Shown in pieces: positions 1 through 9,192 of a DNA stretch of 64,000 bases (positions within the stretch are counted from its first letter, which is position 1; each line of letters begins with the position of its first letter). The stretch lies in NCBI GenBank assembly GCA_963727775.1, contig CAVSHB010000002.1, positions 768,001 to 832,000 on the forward strand, read 5' to 3'. Below the pieces are notes generated by a model, which was not told the DNA's origin, did not search any database, and was given only the letters and a program-made list of their open reading frames with translations. The translations under genes and the position numbers were made by a program. The stretch comes from an uncultured Nitrospiraceae bacterium (GTDB lineage Bacteria; Nitrospirota; Thermodesulfovibrionia; Thermodesulfovibrionales; SM23-35).

Positions 1-2
1 TA

Positions 3-176
3 TTGATCGCAACTATGCATTATACAAAAGGGACCCCTCTGGATGAAGTAGCAGCTCTCTTAAATGTATCTGTTGAGATTGTCGACAAGGCAAACCGCGA
101 AATGCTCGATGATGTAGCTATATCTTCCATGGAGGCATACAAGTTAAGTCCCGATGGTCCGATAGGAAACGCATAA
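3..176 (+). CDS. 3' end of a hypothetical protein (truncated by window edge)
   Basis: Open frame LIATMHYTKGTPLDEVAALLNVSVEIVDKANREMLDDVAISSMEAYKLSPDGPIGNA* ending TAA at 174-176, 7 nt before the next gene. Confidence 0.6.
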   Translation: MIATMHYTKGTPLDEVAALLNVSVEIVDKANREMLDDVAISSMEAYKLSPDGPIGNA

Positions 177-183
177 GGCCGGG

Positions 184-444
184 ATGGAAGAGCAGAAAAA
201 AAGAGTCAGGCTTTATTCTTTAAGCACTTGTCCCACGTGCAAAATGATGAAAAGATATCTTGATGACAATAACATAAAATATGAACTCATAGAAGTCGAC
301 TTGCTGGACAGCGGTGAACAGTGGGTCACATCAAAGGAAATCAAGAAGTATAATCCGGCAGTGACTTACCCGACCTTAGTCATAGAAGAAGTCATAATAG
401 AACTCGATAAGGAAGCCATAAAGAAGGCGTTAGATATTAAATGA
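184..444 (+). CDS. Glutaredoxin-family protein
   Basis: CPTC redox motif, YPTLVI cis-Pro motif, 86 aa; overlaps the next gene by ATGA. Confidence 0.85.
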   Translation: MEEQKKRVRLYSLSTCPTCKMMKRYLDDNNIKYELIEVDLLDSGEQWVTSKEIKKYNPAVTYPTLVIEEVIIELDKEAIKKALDIK

Positions 445-770
445 CCCCTGACAGGCTTTATGATATTCTCAGCAAATATTCCGAATCCATCGGAATCCGG
501 TTGAATAAGGACAAGGAATACGTCATGGAAATAATCGGGGGGCTGCTTACAAATGAGTCCCGATACGGTTACCGTTCGTGTCCCTGCCGGCTTGCGACAG
601 GCGCAAAGATAAAGGATGCCGACATAATATGCCCGTGTATTTACAGAGACACCGACATCAAAGAATACGGAAGCTGCTACTGCAGGCTGTATGTTTCACA
701 GGAATGGAATGGAGAGAAGATTAAGCATATCAGGGTGCCGGAGAGAAGACCGATAGATAAACAAGGCTGA
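441..770 (+). CDS. Ferredoxin-thioredoxin reductase catalytic subunit-like protein
   Basis: CPC...CPC...CYC motif set (SCPCRL, ICPCIY, SCYCRLY). Confidence 0.9.
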   Translation: MTPDRLYDILSKYSESIGIRLNKDKEYVMEIIGGLLTNESRYGYRSCPCRLATGAKIKDADIICPCIYRDTDIKEYGSCYCRLYVSQEWNGEKIKHIRVPERRPIDKQG

Positions 771-811
771 AGCGATGTTTAATGAGATGTCAACACCCGA
801 TTAATTAATCT

Positions 812-949
812 CCATACCCCGCCGTCTCTGCGGCGGGCACCTTACGTCGTCGGGGTGCAGGGCGTCGGAGCGAAGCGCAGACCCTTGCCGACCCGCGGGG
901 TCTAATACCCCGTGGTGTCGTGCCGAGCAAAGCGAGGTTTAGTTTATTC
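812..949. repeat. Repeat family A, copy 1 (138 bp, multi-hairpin)
   Basis: Identical to 12988-13125; hairpins CCCGCCG-tctctg-CGGCGGG and CCGCGGGGT-ctaat-ACCCCGTGG. Confidence 0.95.
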
Positions 950-1086
950 ATAAATTTTGCTACTACCGACAAATACAGTATTTGCGCTCATTCTCGGCCC
1001 GGTACAAATCGGGCCTCCGAGGTAAATTCTTTCTTCGAAAGCATTTAAAACCGCTTAAATACTGCATCTGTCGGCAATCTTATGAA
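947..1086. repeat. Repeat family B, copy 1 (MITE-like, long terminal inverted repeats)
   Basis: Homologous to 3826-3968 and 8118-8255; arms CCGACAAATACAGTATTT / AAATACTGCATCTGTCGG. Confidence 0.9.
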
Positions 1087-1132
1087 TTATGAATGATGTA
1101 GGGTATAGAGAACTCGGAATACAGATTGATTC

Positions 1133-1633
1133 TCAGAGGGTATGAATCAGGTAGATTATAAGGAAGATACCGATAGCGAAGATAGATAAAGTGAGCATTA
1201 CGTCAAGTATAAGTGACGGCTGATAGGTATTTGCGTTGATCTGACATTCAACCTTCTTGTAACGTATAAAAGCAAGAACACCCAGCAGGGCGCCGAGCCC
1301 TATAAGCGCTATTCCCAAGACTGACGAGTACCCGGGGGCAGGAGCTTGCCCGGGTGCGCCTATGCGACCGTACCCCTGACTTATGAAATAAGAAAACTGT
1401 TTAACGAACAAACCGAACTTCTCAACGACAAAACCGAATGCCATGATTCCTATGCTCGTCCTGATCCACGCGAGGAAAGTCCTTTCATTCGCCATGTGGA
1501 CGCGGCGGTTACGGACTTTTGCAACCCGTTCATCTTCAGGGATGTGCGGGGAACACTTAGCCAATAGTTGGTATATTTTATCGAGTAATAACATTCTCCT
1601 ATATAGTTTAGCAGTCTCCCCCTTGTCAATCAA
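1133..1633 (-). CDS. DUF202/YidH-family inner membrane protein
   Basis: ANERTFLAWIRT motif plus three hydrophobic segments; true start may be downstream of 1633. Confidence 0.85.
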   Translation of the reverse strand: MIDKGETAKLYRRMLLLDKIYQLLAKCSPHIPEDERVAKVRNRRVHMANERTFLAWIRTSIGIMAFGFVVEKFGLFVKQFSYFISQGYGRIGAPGQAPAPGYSSVLGIALIGLGALLGVLAFIRYKKVECQINANTYQPSLILDVMLTLSIFAIGIFLIIYLIHTL

Positions 1634-1709
1634 TCTTATATAAAGTTATAATTTTGAGCGATCCGATTCACCTTGGTGCGAGATTCTTTCAGAGAGAGGT
1701 AAAAAATAC

Positions 1710-3803
1710 ATGGACCAGAACTCAGCGAACGGCTTTTCTTTTTTGCTTGAGATAGGCGCTGAAGATTTGCCTGCAAGATTTCTCCCTTTGGCGATAAAAC
1801 AGCTGAAGGAAAATACCGGAAAAATATTGAAGGATAATCATGTAAGATTTTTCGATATAAGGACATACGGGACTCCTCGGAGACTTGCCGTAATCGCAGA
1901 CGGTGTTCCACAGATGCAGGAAGACAGGACAATAAAGGTATTCGGTCCGTCAAAAAAGGCGGCGTTCGATGAGAGGGGCAACCCAACAAAAGCCGCTCTC
2001 GGGTTTGCGAATTCACAGGATATAAGTGTGGAGAGTCTTGTTATTAAGAGCAAAGATAAGGGTGAATATGTCGTGGCTGAAATAGATGAGAAAGGTGTTC
2101 CTGTCGCGGAAGTATTGCCTGAAATATTCAAGAGTATTGTGCTTTCTCTGCACTTCCCGAAAGCAATGAGATGGGGCAATAATAATTTGAAATTTGTCCG
2201 GCCCATACGCTGGCTGCTGGCTTTATTTGACAAGGAGATAATCAGTTTTGAAATAGACGGAATAAAAAGCGGTAATAGAACGATGGGCCACAGATTTTTG
2301 TCGCCCGCAGGATTTCAGATAAAGGAGATACCGAGTTACAAAAAATTGCTCAATAATAATTTTGTAATAATCGACGCTGAAGAAAGAAAAAGAATCATAG
2401 CCGAAAAGATGGAGAAACTTCTGGCGTCGACAGGTGAAAGACCTATTAAGGATGAAGACCTCCTTGAGACGGTTGTAAATCTCGTTGAATACCCTGTGCC
2501 TGTTGTTGCAGCGTTTCCCGAACAATACCTTGAACTGCCGAAGGAACTGCTCATAACCGTCATGAAAGGACATCAGAAGTATTTTGCTGCTGAGGACGCC
2601 AATGGTAAGATTACAAATCATTTTGTTGTCGTTAGCAATACCAGTCAAGAAAATGCCGATACCGTGAAGATCGGTGCGGAGAGAGTTATCAAGGCTAGGT
2701 TTGAAGATGCGCGGTTCTATTTTGATGAGGACAGGAAAAAGCCCCTGTCCGACAGGATTGAGGAACTCAAAAAGGTAACATTCCAGGAAAACCTCGGGAG
2801 TCTGTATGAAAAGATGCTGAGGGTGGCGTCGATTGCGGAAGTTCTTGCCGGCAGGATCAATCCGGAGGTAAAGGCCAACCTTGTCCGTGCAGCACGGCTG
2901 GCAAAGACGGACCTTATAACAGGTGTTGTTAGGGAGTTCCCGGAACTGCAGGGCGTCATGGGCGGGTATTATGCGCTGCATGACGGAGAAGGAAATGAAG
3001 TTGCAAAGGCTATAGAAGAACAGTATCTGCCTGCATATTCGGGAGGAGATCTACCCGGGACGGATGCCGGCGCTTTGCTGAGCATAGCTGATAAGATCGA
3101 CAGCATTGCCGCCTTTTTTTCCATAGGCCTTATGCCTACCGGGTCTGAAGACCCGTTTGCATTGCGAAGACAGTCTCTCGGCGTCATAGCAATCATCCTG
3201 GATAAAGGCTATGAGATTTCCTTAAGAACGCTTGTTGAAAAGGCATTGGAAAGTCTGTCAGGGACAAAGAACCCCGAGGGAACAAAGAACCAAATCCTGC
3301 AATTTTTCAGGGCCAGAATAGAAACGGTATTCGCGTCTCAAGGACATGCCCCCGATTTGATAGAAGCGGTCCTCCCGCTGTCTCATGATGTTTTTCTGAA
3401 GGACCTGTTACAAAGGCTTGACGCCCTTAAACAATTCAAGGAGCATGCGGGGTACAACGATTTTATCACCGCTATGAAACGCGTGAACAATATTATCCCC
3501 AAAGGCGCTGTCCCTGTATTAAAAAGGGAACTCTTGATGGAGGAACCGGAGAAAAAACTCAAAGAAGCTCTTGATTCCGTGGATGCAAAATTCAACCCAC
3601 TCCTTGAAAACGTGGGCTATCAACCTGCGGTAGAACTTCTCCTTTCTCTGACAGATCCGATCAATCATTTTTTTGACAGTGTGCTTGTGATGGACAAAAG
3701 AGAAGAGATTAAGCTGAACAGACTCGCGTTGCTGAATGAGATATGGAAAACCGTTTCGGTTTTTGCTGATCTTTCAAAGCTGTCTGCTATCGAGAAAAGT
3801 TGA
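1710..3803 (+). CDS. glyS: Glycine--tRNA ligase beta subunit
   Basis: LLEIGAEDLP, TPRRLA, FVRPIRW, EFPELQG and GSEDPFALRR motifs. Confidence 0.97.
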   Translation: MDQNSANGFSFLLEIGAEDLPARFLPLAIKQLKENTGKILKDNHVRFFDIRTYGTPRRLAVIADGVPQMQEDRTIKVFGPSKKAAFDERGNPTKAALGFANSQDISVESLVIKSKDKGEYVVAEIDEKGVPVAEVLPEIFKSIVLSLHFPKAMRWGNNNLKFVRPIRWLLALFDKEIISFEIDGIKSGNRTMGHRFLSPAGFQIKEIPSYKKLLNNNFVIIDAEERKRIIAEKMEKLLASTGERPIKDEDLLETVVNLVEYPVPVVAAFPEQYLELPKELLITVMKGHQKYFAAEDANGKITNHFVVVSNTSQENADTVKIGAERVIKARFEDARFYFDEDRKKPLSDRIEELKKVTFQENLGSLYEKMLRVASIAEVLAGRINPEVKANLVRAARLAKTDLITGVVREFPELQGVMGGYYALHDGEGNEVAKAIEEQYLPAYSGGDLPGTDAGALLSIADKIDSIAAFFSIGLMPTGSEDPFALRRQSLGVIAIILDKGYEISLRTLVEKALESLSGTKNPEGTKNQILQFFRARIETVFASQGHAPDLIEAVLPLSHDVFLKDLLQRLDALKQFKEHAGYNDFITAMKRVNNIIPKGAVPVLKRELLMEEPEKKLKEALDSVDAKFNPLLENVGYQPAVELLLSLTDPINHFFDSVLVMDKREEIKLNRLALLNEIWKTVSVFADLSKLSAIEKS

Positions 3804-3825
3804 AAATCATCCTTACCGGTCCGCT

Positions 3826-3968
3826 TAATCCATAAAAGTTGCTTATGCCGACAGATGCAGTATTTGCGCTCATTCTCGGCCCGGTACGAATCGGGCCTCC
3901 GAGGTAAATTCTTTCTTCGAAAGAATTTAAATCCGCTTAAATACTGTATCTGTCGACAATCTTATGAA
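3826..3968. repeat. Repeat family B, copy 2
   Basis: TGCCGACAGATGCAGTATTT...AAATACTGTATCTGTCGACA arms; internal AAATTCTTTC-TTC-GAAAGAATTT hairpin. Confidence 0.9.
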
Positions 3969-4001
3969 CATACTTATTCCTGTTGTTCCTGGTGAATCAC
4001 T

Positions 4002-5198
4002 ATTCTTGAAAGGTTTTCAGCTTTACAGCATAGAGACTTCAGACTCTTCTGGTTAGGCCAGCTTATCTCTTTATCAGGGACGTGGATGCAGTCTGTTGCG
4101 CAGGGATGGCTTGTATACAGTCTCACAAAATCACCTTTTTATCTCGGGATGGTTGCTGCAGCCGGCTCATTACCGATCCTTTTGTTTACATTTGTGGGAG
4201 GGATAGCGGCAGACAGGTTCAGAAAGAGAAATCTCCTCCTTATGACACAGGCGATATCGATCTTGCCTGCGCTCCTCCTCGGCATACTGATCAATACTCA
4301 TTTGATAGCTGTCTGGCATGTTGCCGTTCTTGCTGCAGTGCTTGGGACCGTTAATGCCTTTGATGTGCCTGCACGACAGTCGTTCATTGTGGAAATGGTC
4401 GGGAAGAGCAATCTTTCAAACGCCATAGCTCTGAATTCTGCGGCGTTCCACGGCGCCCGGATGATAGGCCCAGTGGTGGCGGGTGTAACGATCGCAGCTA
4501 TCGGGTTGCCGGCCTGCTTTTATCTTAATGCCATAAGCTTTATCGCGGTCATCATCGCGCTTTCCAAAATAAAAGCGAAAGGAGATGTTCGTGAAAGTTC
4601 CAAAGGACTTTTGGAAGATTTTATTGAGGGAATACTGTATATCAAAAATAAACCCGAGATTTTCAGAATCATGATCCTGATTGCCGTATTCAGTCTCGTG
4701 GGCATGCCGTTTATAACCCTGCTTCCCGTATTTGCCGTCGAGGTATTGAGGGCGGGCGCCAAAGGGTTTGGTTTCCTTGTGGGCGCGACCGGGGCAGGCG
4801 CCCTGACAGCGGCTTTGTACCTTGCCTTCAGGGGCGATATCAAAGATAAGAACAGGTTTATGTCCATGTCTGCGCTCTGTTTTACATTATCCCTTTTCGC
4901 ATTTTCATTCTCCAGGAATTTTACTGTTTCCATAATTACACTTGCGGTCGCCGGCTGGAGCCTTGTCAGTTTCTTTGCAACTGCAAACAGTTTCATACAG
5001 CTTTCCGTGCCCGACAACCTGAGAGGGAGAGCGATGAGCGTTTATACCTTTGTATTTCTGGGCACCGCGCCTATAGGCAATTCACTCATCGGCGTTATGG
5101 CGGATTCTATCGGTACGACAAGGGCGGTAAGTCTTTCGGCTGTTGTATGTTTTATCGTATCGGTTATCTTTTCGAGGAAAATATTTAGAATGGAATGA
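4002..5198 (+). CDS. MFS transporter (EntS/DUF894-like)
   Basis: Multiple TM segments and an ADRFRKR motif. Family-like sequence FSALQHRDFRLFWLGQLISLSGTWMQ runs upstream of the track's ATG at 4086, so the start is tentatively placed at ATT 4002. Confidence 0.85.
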   Translation: MLERFSALQHRDFRLFWLGQLISLSGTWMQSVAQGWLVYSLTKSPFYLGMVAAAGSLPILLFTFVGGIAADRFRKRNLLLMTQAISILPALLLGILINTHLIAVWHVAVLAAVLGTVNAFDVPARQSFIVEMVGKSNLSNAIALNSAAFHGARMIGPVVAGVTIAAIGLPACFYLNAISFIAVIIALSKIKAKGDVRESSKGLLEDFIEGILYIKNKPEIFRIMILIAVFSLVGMPFITLLPVFAVEVLRAGAKGFGFLVGATGAGALTAALYLAFRGDIKDKNRFMSMSALCFTLSLFAFSFSRNFTVSIITLAVAGWSLVSFFATANSFIQLSVPDNLRGRAMSVYTFVFLGTAPIGNSLIGVMADSIGTTRAVSLSAVVCFIVSVIFSRKIFRME

Positions 5199-5212
5199 TA
5201 TAGTATGTTCTT

Positions 5213-5941
5213 ATGAAAATACTCGCTGTCGAAACATCAACAATGCTTGGCGGTCTGGCTGTTATTGACGATTCAACCGGGCTAATTGCGGAAATAAGGC
5301 TCAATGTCAAGTCAACGCATTCAGAGAGGCTGATGACAACTACAGACCATATACTGAAGCATTCGGGGTTGAAAATGTCCGATATCGATTGTTTTGCAGT
5401 TGCTATAGGCCCCGGTTCATTCACGGGACTGAGGATTGGATTGAGCACCGTAAAAGGCTTTTCCTATGCAGCCGGGAAGCCGATAGTCTCTGTCCCTACG
5501 CTCGAGGCCTTTGCATGGAATTTCCCTTATTGCAGATATCCTGTTTGTATAATGCTTGACGCAAGGAAAAAGGAGGTATATTCAGCCCTGTTTAGATGGG
5601 ACAACAGCGGCGCTGCAAGATTGATAGGAGAGACATCGATTAAGGTGGATAAACTTCTGGATAAAATTAATGAAACATTGAAAACGGGGAATGGGGAAAT
5701 CCCACCTGATAAAATCCTGTTTGCAGGGGAAGGGGCGCTGCTTTACAAAAGTGATATCATCAACACAATGGGCGAAAGGGCAGTATTTGCGTCACATGAA
5801 AAGATGGCGCCGTCACCGGCAAACGTAGCAATTATAGGGCTGCAAAAGGCATTGAAAGGGGAGTTTTCCGAGCCGGTCAGCCTTGTCCCGTTTTATATGA
5901 GGAGATCTGAAGCCGAAATCAAATGGAAGGATAGTTCTTAA
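5213..5941 (+). CDS. tsaB: tRNA threonylcarbamoyladenosine biosynthesis protein TsaB
   Basis: ILAVETST, HSERLM, GPGSFTGLRIG and DARKKEVY motifs. Confidence 0.95.
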   Translation: MKILAVETSTMLGGLAVIDDSTGLIAEIRLNVKSTHSERLMTTTDHILKHSGLKMSDIDCFAVAIGPGSFTGLRIGLSTVKGFSYAAGKPIVSVPTLEAFAWNFPYCRYPVCIMLDARKKEVYSALFRWDNSGAARLIGETSIKVDKLLDKINETLKTGNGEIPPDKILFAGEGALLYKSDIINTMGERAVFASHEKMAPSPANVAIIGLQKALKGEFSEPVSLVPFYMRRSEAEIKWKDSS

Positions 5942-5957
5942 TCAGGCCGGACTGTGA

Positions 5958-6965
5958 TTATTTCCATCTGCCCTCAATCCCATATCCGCATTTGATACAT
6001 TTACCTCCCTTGATCCTTTGCTCACCGATTCTGAATCCGAAGCGGTTTATGAGGAGTTCTTTGCAGTCCGGGCAATAAGTGTTTTCTCCGCCTTCCCCCG
6101 GCACATTGCCTTCATATACATATTTCAGGCCTGCTGCAACTCCTATTTCCCTTGCCTTGCGGAGTGTCTTAACGGGCGTTCTCGGTTTGTCGGTCAATTT
6201 ATATGTCGGATAAAACTGTGACACATGCCACGGTATGGATACGTCGACTGACGCGATAAAACCGGCGATATCCCTTAAGTCTTCGTCTGAGTCATTATAG
6301 TCGGGGATTATCAAAGTCGTTACCTCGACCCATACCCCGAGTTCCTTCATAAGCCGTATCGTCTCTTTTACAGGCTCAAGCCGGGCCCCGCATATTTTTT
6401 TGTAAAAATCATCGTTCCCCTTAAGGTCTATATTGTTCCCGTCAAGATAAGGCGCTATGAACCTTGTTGCTTCGGGGCTTGTATATCCATTGCTCACAAA
6501 TACATTCTTTATCCCTTTTTCATGCGCAAGCCTTGCGCAGTCATAGGCAAACTCAAGGAATATTGTCGGCTCGGTATAAGTATAGGATATGCTCTCGCAG
6601 CCGCTCCTCTGCGCTGCCGAGACGATCTCATCGGGAGTAACGGGTTTGCCCAAAATGTCTTCGTGTTCCTTCGGATACTGCGATATCTCAGAATTCTGGC
6701 AGTGGTCACAGTGAAAATTGCAGCCGACGGTAGCAATGGAAAAAGAGGTCGACCCCGGCAGAAAATGGAACAAAGGCTTTTTCTCTATGGGGTCGATATT
6801 AGTGGAGACGACCTTCCCGTATACGAGACTGTAAAGGACGCCGTCGATATTTTTGCGCACGTGGCAGATTCCGCGTTTATCTTCTCTGATGAGGCAGTTA
6901 TGTGCGCAGAGAAAGCACCTGACTTTATTGTCATCCAGTTTTTCATAAAACAACGCTTCTTTCAT
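5958..6965 (-). CDS. amrS: AmmeMemoRadiSam-system radical SAM enzyme
   Basis: CxxCxxxC N-terminus, DPIEKKPLFHF, CNFHCDHC radical SAM motif, YTYTEP, C-terminal zinc ribbon. Confidence 0.9.
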   Translation of the reverse strand: MKEALFYEKLDDNKVRCFLCAHNCLIREDKRGICHVRKNIDGVLYSLVYGKVVSTNIDPIEKKPLFHFLPGSTSFSIATVGCNFHCDHCQNSEISQYPKEHEDILGKPVTPDEIVSAAQRSGCESISYTYTEPTIFLEFAYDCARLAHEKGIKNVFVSNGYTSPEATRFIAPYLDGNNIDLKGNDDFYKKICGARLEPVKETIRLMKELGVWVEVTTLIIPDYNDSDEDLRDIAGFIASVDVSIPWHVSQFYPTYKLTDKPRTPVKTLRKAREIGVAAGLKYVYEGNVPGEGGENTYCPDCKELLINRFGFRIGEQRIKGGKCIKCGYGIEGRWK

Positions 6966-6996
6966 GATCGGATTATAGCACAGTTATGTCAAACTG

Positions 6997-7476
6997 CTAA
7001 GTAACGGTAATATCGAGTGTTCCTTCCCAGTAGCCATGGAGGTTGCATCGCTGGTGCGCTACGAGGGTAAGTTTGCCCGCTGGCGCGGATTCCTTTGTTA
7101 AGACAACATTGAAAGTGGCCTTTGGATTCAGGTATCCTTTCGGTTCGAAATCGATCCTGCCGGCCGGCTCATTTCCTATGTTCAACTCTATATATTCGAT
7201 CCAGTGAGCAGGCCCCATAGGATGGACAACCTGGCCTACACTTACTTCGACAGCGAACGATTCGCCTGCTTTAACGGTAGCCGGAGCGGTTATGACGGGC
7301 GCATGCGATTTTTCAAGCGGAGTCTTATTTGACGGGTCCTTTACCCTGTTGATGGTCTCAAAAAGGCTCTGGTCGGCCTTTACGGGGAAATATTTCTCCG
7401 CAGCAAAGGCTTTTCCCGCAATACCGGATGCAATGGTCCCAACCGCCATGGCTTTTAAAAAGTTTCTTCTGTTCAT
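6997..7476 (-). CDS. Tat-signal superoxide reductase-like (neelaredoxin/class II SORL) protein
   Basis: NRRNFLK twin-arginine leader; EKSHAP, HPMGPAHWI and CNLHG iron-ligand motifs. Confidence 0.85.
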   Translation of the reverse strand: MNRRNFLKAMAVGTIASGIAGKAFAAEKYFPVKADQSLFETINRVKDPSNKTPLEKSHAPVITAPATVKAGESFAVEVSVGQVVHPMGPAHWIEYIELNIGNEPAGRIDFEPKGYLNPKATFNVVLTKESAPAGKLTLVAHQRCNLHGYWEGTLDITVT

Positions 7477-7527
7477 AAGTTCTCCCTTCTTTCTTGATGG
7501 ATTGATTTTTAAAGGATATCTTTTTCC

Positions 7528-8064
7528 TTACTTGTGTCTGGAATCTCCCCCCTCTTCAAAAGGCATTGTTTCGAGGTTCTGGTAGAGCCTGATATAAACA
7601 ATTGTTTTGCCGTCTGTCTTTTTGTAGTACACGTGAAGGATGTCGGGGTTGCCGTAAATTATCGGGTAATATAAAGGCCTTATTTCGTACCCTATGACGG
7701 TACCCTGGTTATCTATAATTTTGCTCAATTGCGATTTCCAGAAGTCATGATGAAACCCTACAAAGTCTTCTGCCTTTTTCAAGGCATCCCGGGCGAGAAC
7801 TCCTTTGATTATCTTGTAATCAAATTCAGGAGCAAAGACCTCGAAGGTGTTTTGAGTCTCCTCTTTAGCAAGGATAGCAATAGTCTTTTTATCGTTTGCA
7901 TAGTTCCCCCCGTAAAGAATGAGTGTGTAAGCACCGGTTATCTCTCCTGAATTTGCGCTTTCTGTTTTTAAATATCTCCCGCCGTAACAGGAATAGTTTG
8001 TCAGAGAGAGAAGTATAAACATAAAAGCGGTAATTACTCTAAATAGATTTTTGTTTATCGACAT
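7528..8064 (-). CDS. Hypothetical exported/lipoprotein-like protein
   Basis: Start re-set to ATG 8064 (AGGAGG RBS upstream); hydrophobic leader ending ...NYSC. Confidence 0.7.
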   Translation of the reverse strand: MSINKNLFRVITAFMFILLSLTNYSCYGGRYLKTESANSGEITGAYTLILYGGNYANDKKTIAILAKEETQNTFEVFAPEFDYKIIKGVLARDALKKAEDFVGFHHDFWKSQLSKIIDNQGTVIGYEIRPLYYPIIYGNPDILHVYYKKTDGKTIVYIRLYQNLETMPFEEGGDSRHK

Positions 8065-8117
8065 TAGGCCCTCCTTTTTACTGCAGAGAATTTTGCGATT
8101 CATATTTCTGCCCCAGC

Positions 8118-8255
8118 TAATCCATAAAATTTTCGTGTGCCGACAGATACAGTATTTGCGCTCATTCTCGTCCGCCATAGCGGACTCCGAGGAAATTCTT
8201 TCTTCGAAAGAATTTAAAACCGCTTAAATACTATATCTGTCGGCAACCGTATGAA
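8118..8255. repeat. Repeat family B, copy 3
   Basis: Same arms as copies 1-2, but the first inner hairpin is replaced by GTCCGC-cata-GCGGAC. Confidence 0.9.
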
Positions 8256-8285
8256 TAGTCCGTGCTAAAATTCCGATTTCAAATT

Positions 8286-8301
8286 TGCAAAATTAGTGCC
8301 A
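8286..8301 (-). promoter_or_regulatory. sigma54 (-24/-12) promoter
   Basis: Minus strand TGGCAC-TAATT-TTGCA, an exact consensus match. Confidence 0.75.
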
Positions 8302-8483
8302 GATGGAACATATTGTTTTATCTCGATTAAAATGAAGTTATTATTAATACAAGCGGGAAAACTGCCGTATTAAAGGGCAAGATGTCTTTTCATCTTCTGT
8401 CGAACTTCTGAACGGTCGCTTGACAATACTTTCCTCTTGTTGTATTATTACTACAACACCATACGACAAGGAGGTGCAATGCA

Positions 8484-8858
8484 ATGTCTTCCAAAATGAC
8501 ATTCGGTGAGTTCTTTAAGCAAAAACGCATAGATCTCAAGAAAACCCTGCGACAGTTCTGCACTGAAAATAAGCTTGATCCCGGAAACGTCAGCAGGCTT
8601 GAGCGCGGGCTCATGCCGCCCCCACAGGGGAGCGACAAGCTTGAAGAGTATGCGCGGTATTTGCAAATCAAAAAGGGCTCCGACGACTGGTACAGATTCT
8701 TCGACCTTGCCCGAATTGAGGCCGGACGTATTCCTGATGAACTAATGAAAAACGAGTCGGTTGTTGCAAGTCTGCCCATTCTGTTCAGGACACTGCGGGG
8801 GCAAAAGATTTCTGAAAAGAAGCTTGAAAAACTGGTTGAGCTGATCAAAAAAGCGTAA
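8484..8858 (+). CDS. XRE-family helix-turn-helix regulator
   Basis: FGEFFKQKR...LRQFC...NVSRLERG HTH; AGGAGG RBS. Confidence 0.85.
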   Translation: MSSKMTFGEFFKQKRIDLKKTLRQFCTENKLDPGNVSRLERGLMPPPQGSDKLEEYARYLQIKKGSDDWYRFFDLARIEAGRIPDELMKNESVVASLPILFRTLRGQKISEKKLEKLVELIKKA

Positions 8859-8861
8859 TCC

Positions 8862-9035
8862 ATGACCGATATCCCTGTATACAGTTATGAGGATTTGCGC
8901 AAAAAAGCAGACGAATTTCTTCTGCAGTATCACCCTTCCGGTGACATCCCTGTACCCATCGAGGAAATTGTCGAGTTTGAGTTCAGGATCAATATAGTAC
9001 CTGTATTAGAGAACAACTCCTTGGCAGCCTGCTGA
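8862..9035 (+). pseudogene. N-terminal fragment of an ImmA/IrrE-like metallopeptidase
   Basis: MTDIPVYSYEDLRKKADEFLLQYHPSGDIPVPIEEIVEFEFRINIVP follows the XRE gene and stops before any HEXXH motif. Confidence 0.6.
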
Positions 9036-9180
9036 ATTGGGACGACTGGAATGCAAAAAAGATTTTGTCTTTGAAAATGAATGGAATAAGAAGTATTATA
9101 AGATTAAACAGGTAAGGCCAATATTTGCAGAAGAAGTTACAGAGATCGTCGTAATTACTGTCTATACGTATTCTTTCTAA
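9010..9180 (+). pseudogene. C-terminal fragment of a DUF4258-like toxin
   Basis: RTTPWQPAELGRLECKKDFVFENEWNKKYYKIKQVRPIFAEEVTEIVVITVYTYSF* has no start codon and lies directly upstream of a DUF2283 gene. Confidence 0.6.
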
Positions 9181-9192
9181 TGGAGGTTTAAG

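Noticed and set aside
8065..8178. N-terminal extension of the 7528-8178 ORF
   Set aside because: It starts inside repeat B; the RBS and signal peptide support ATG 8064
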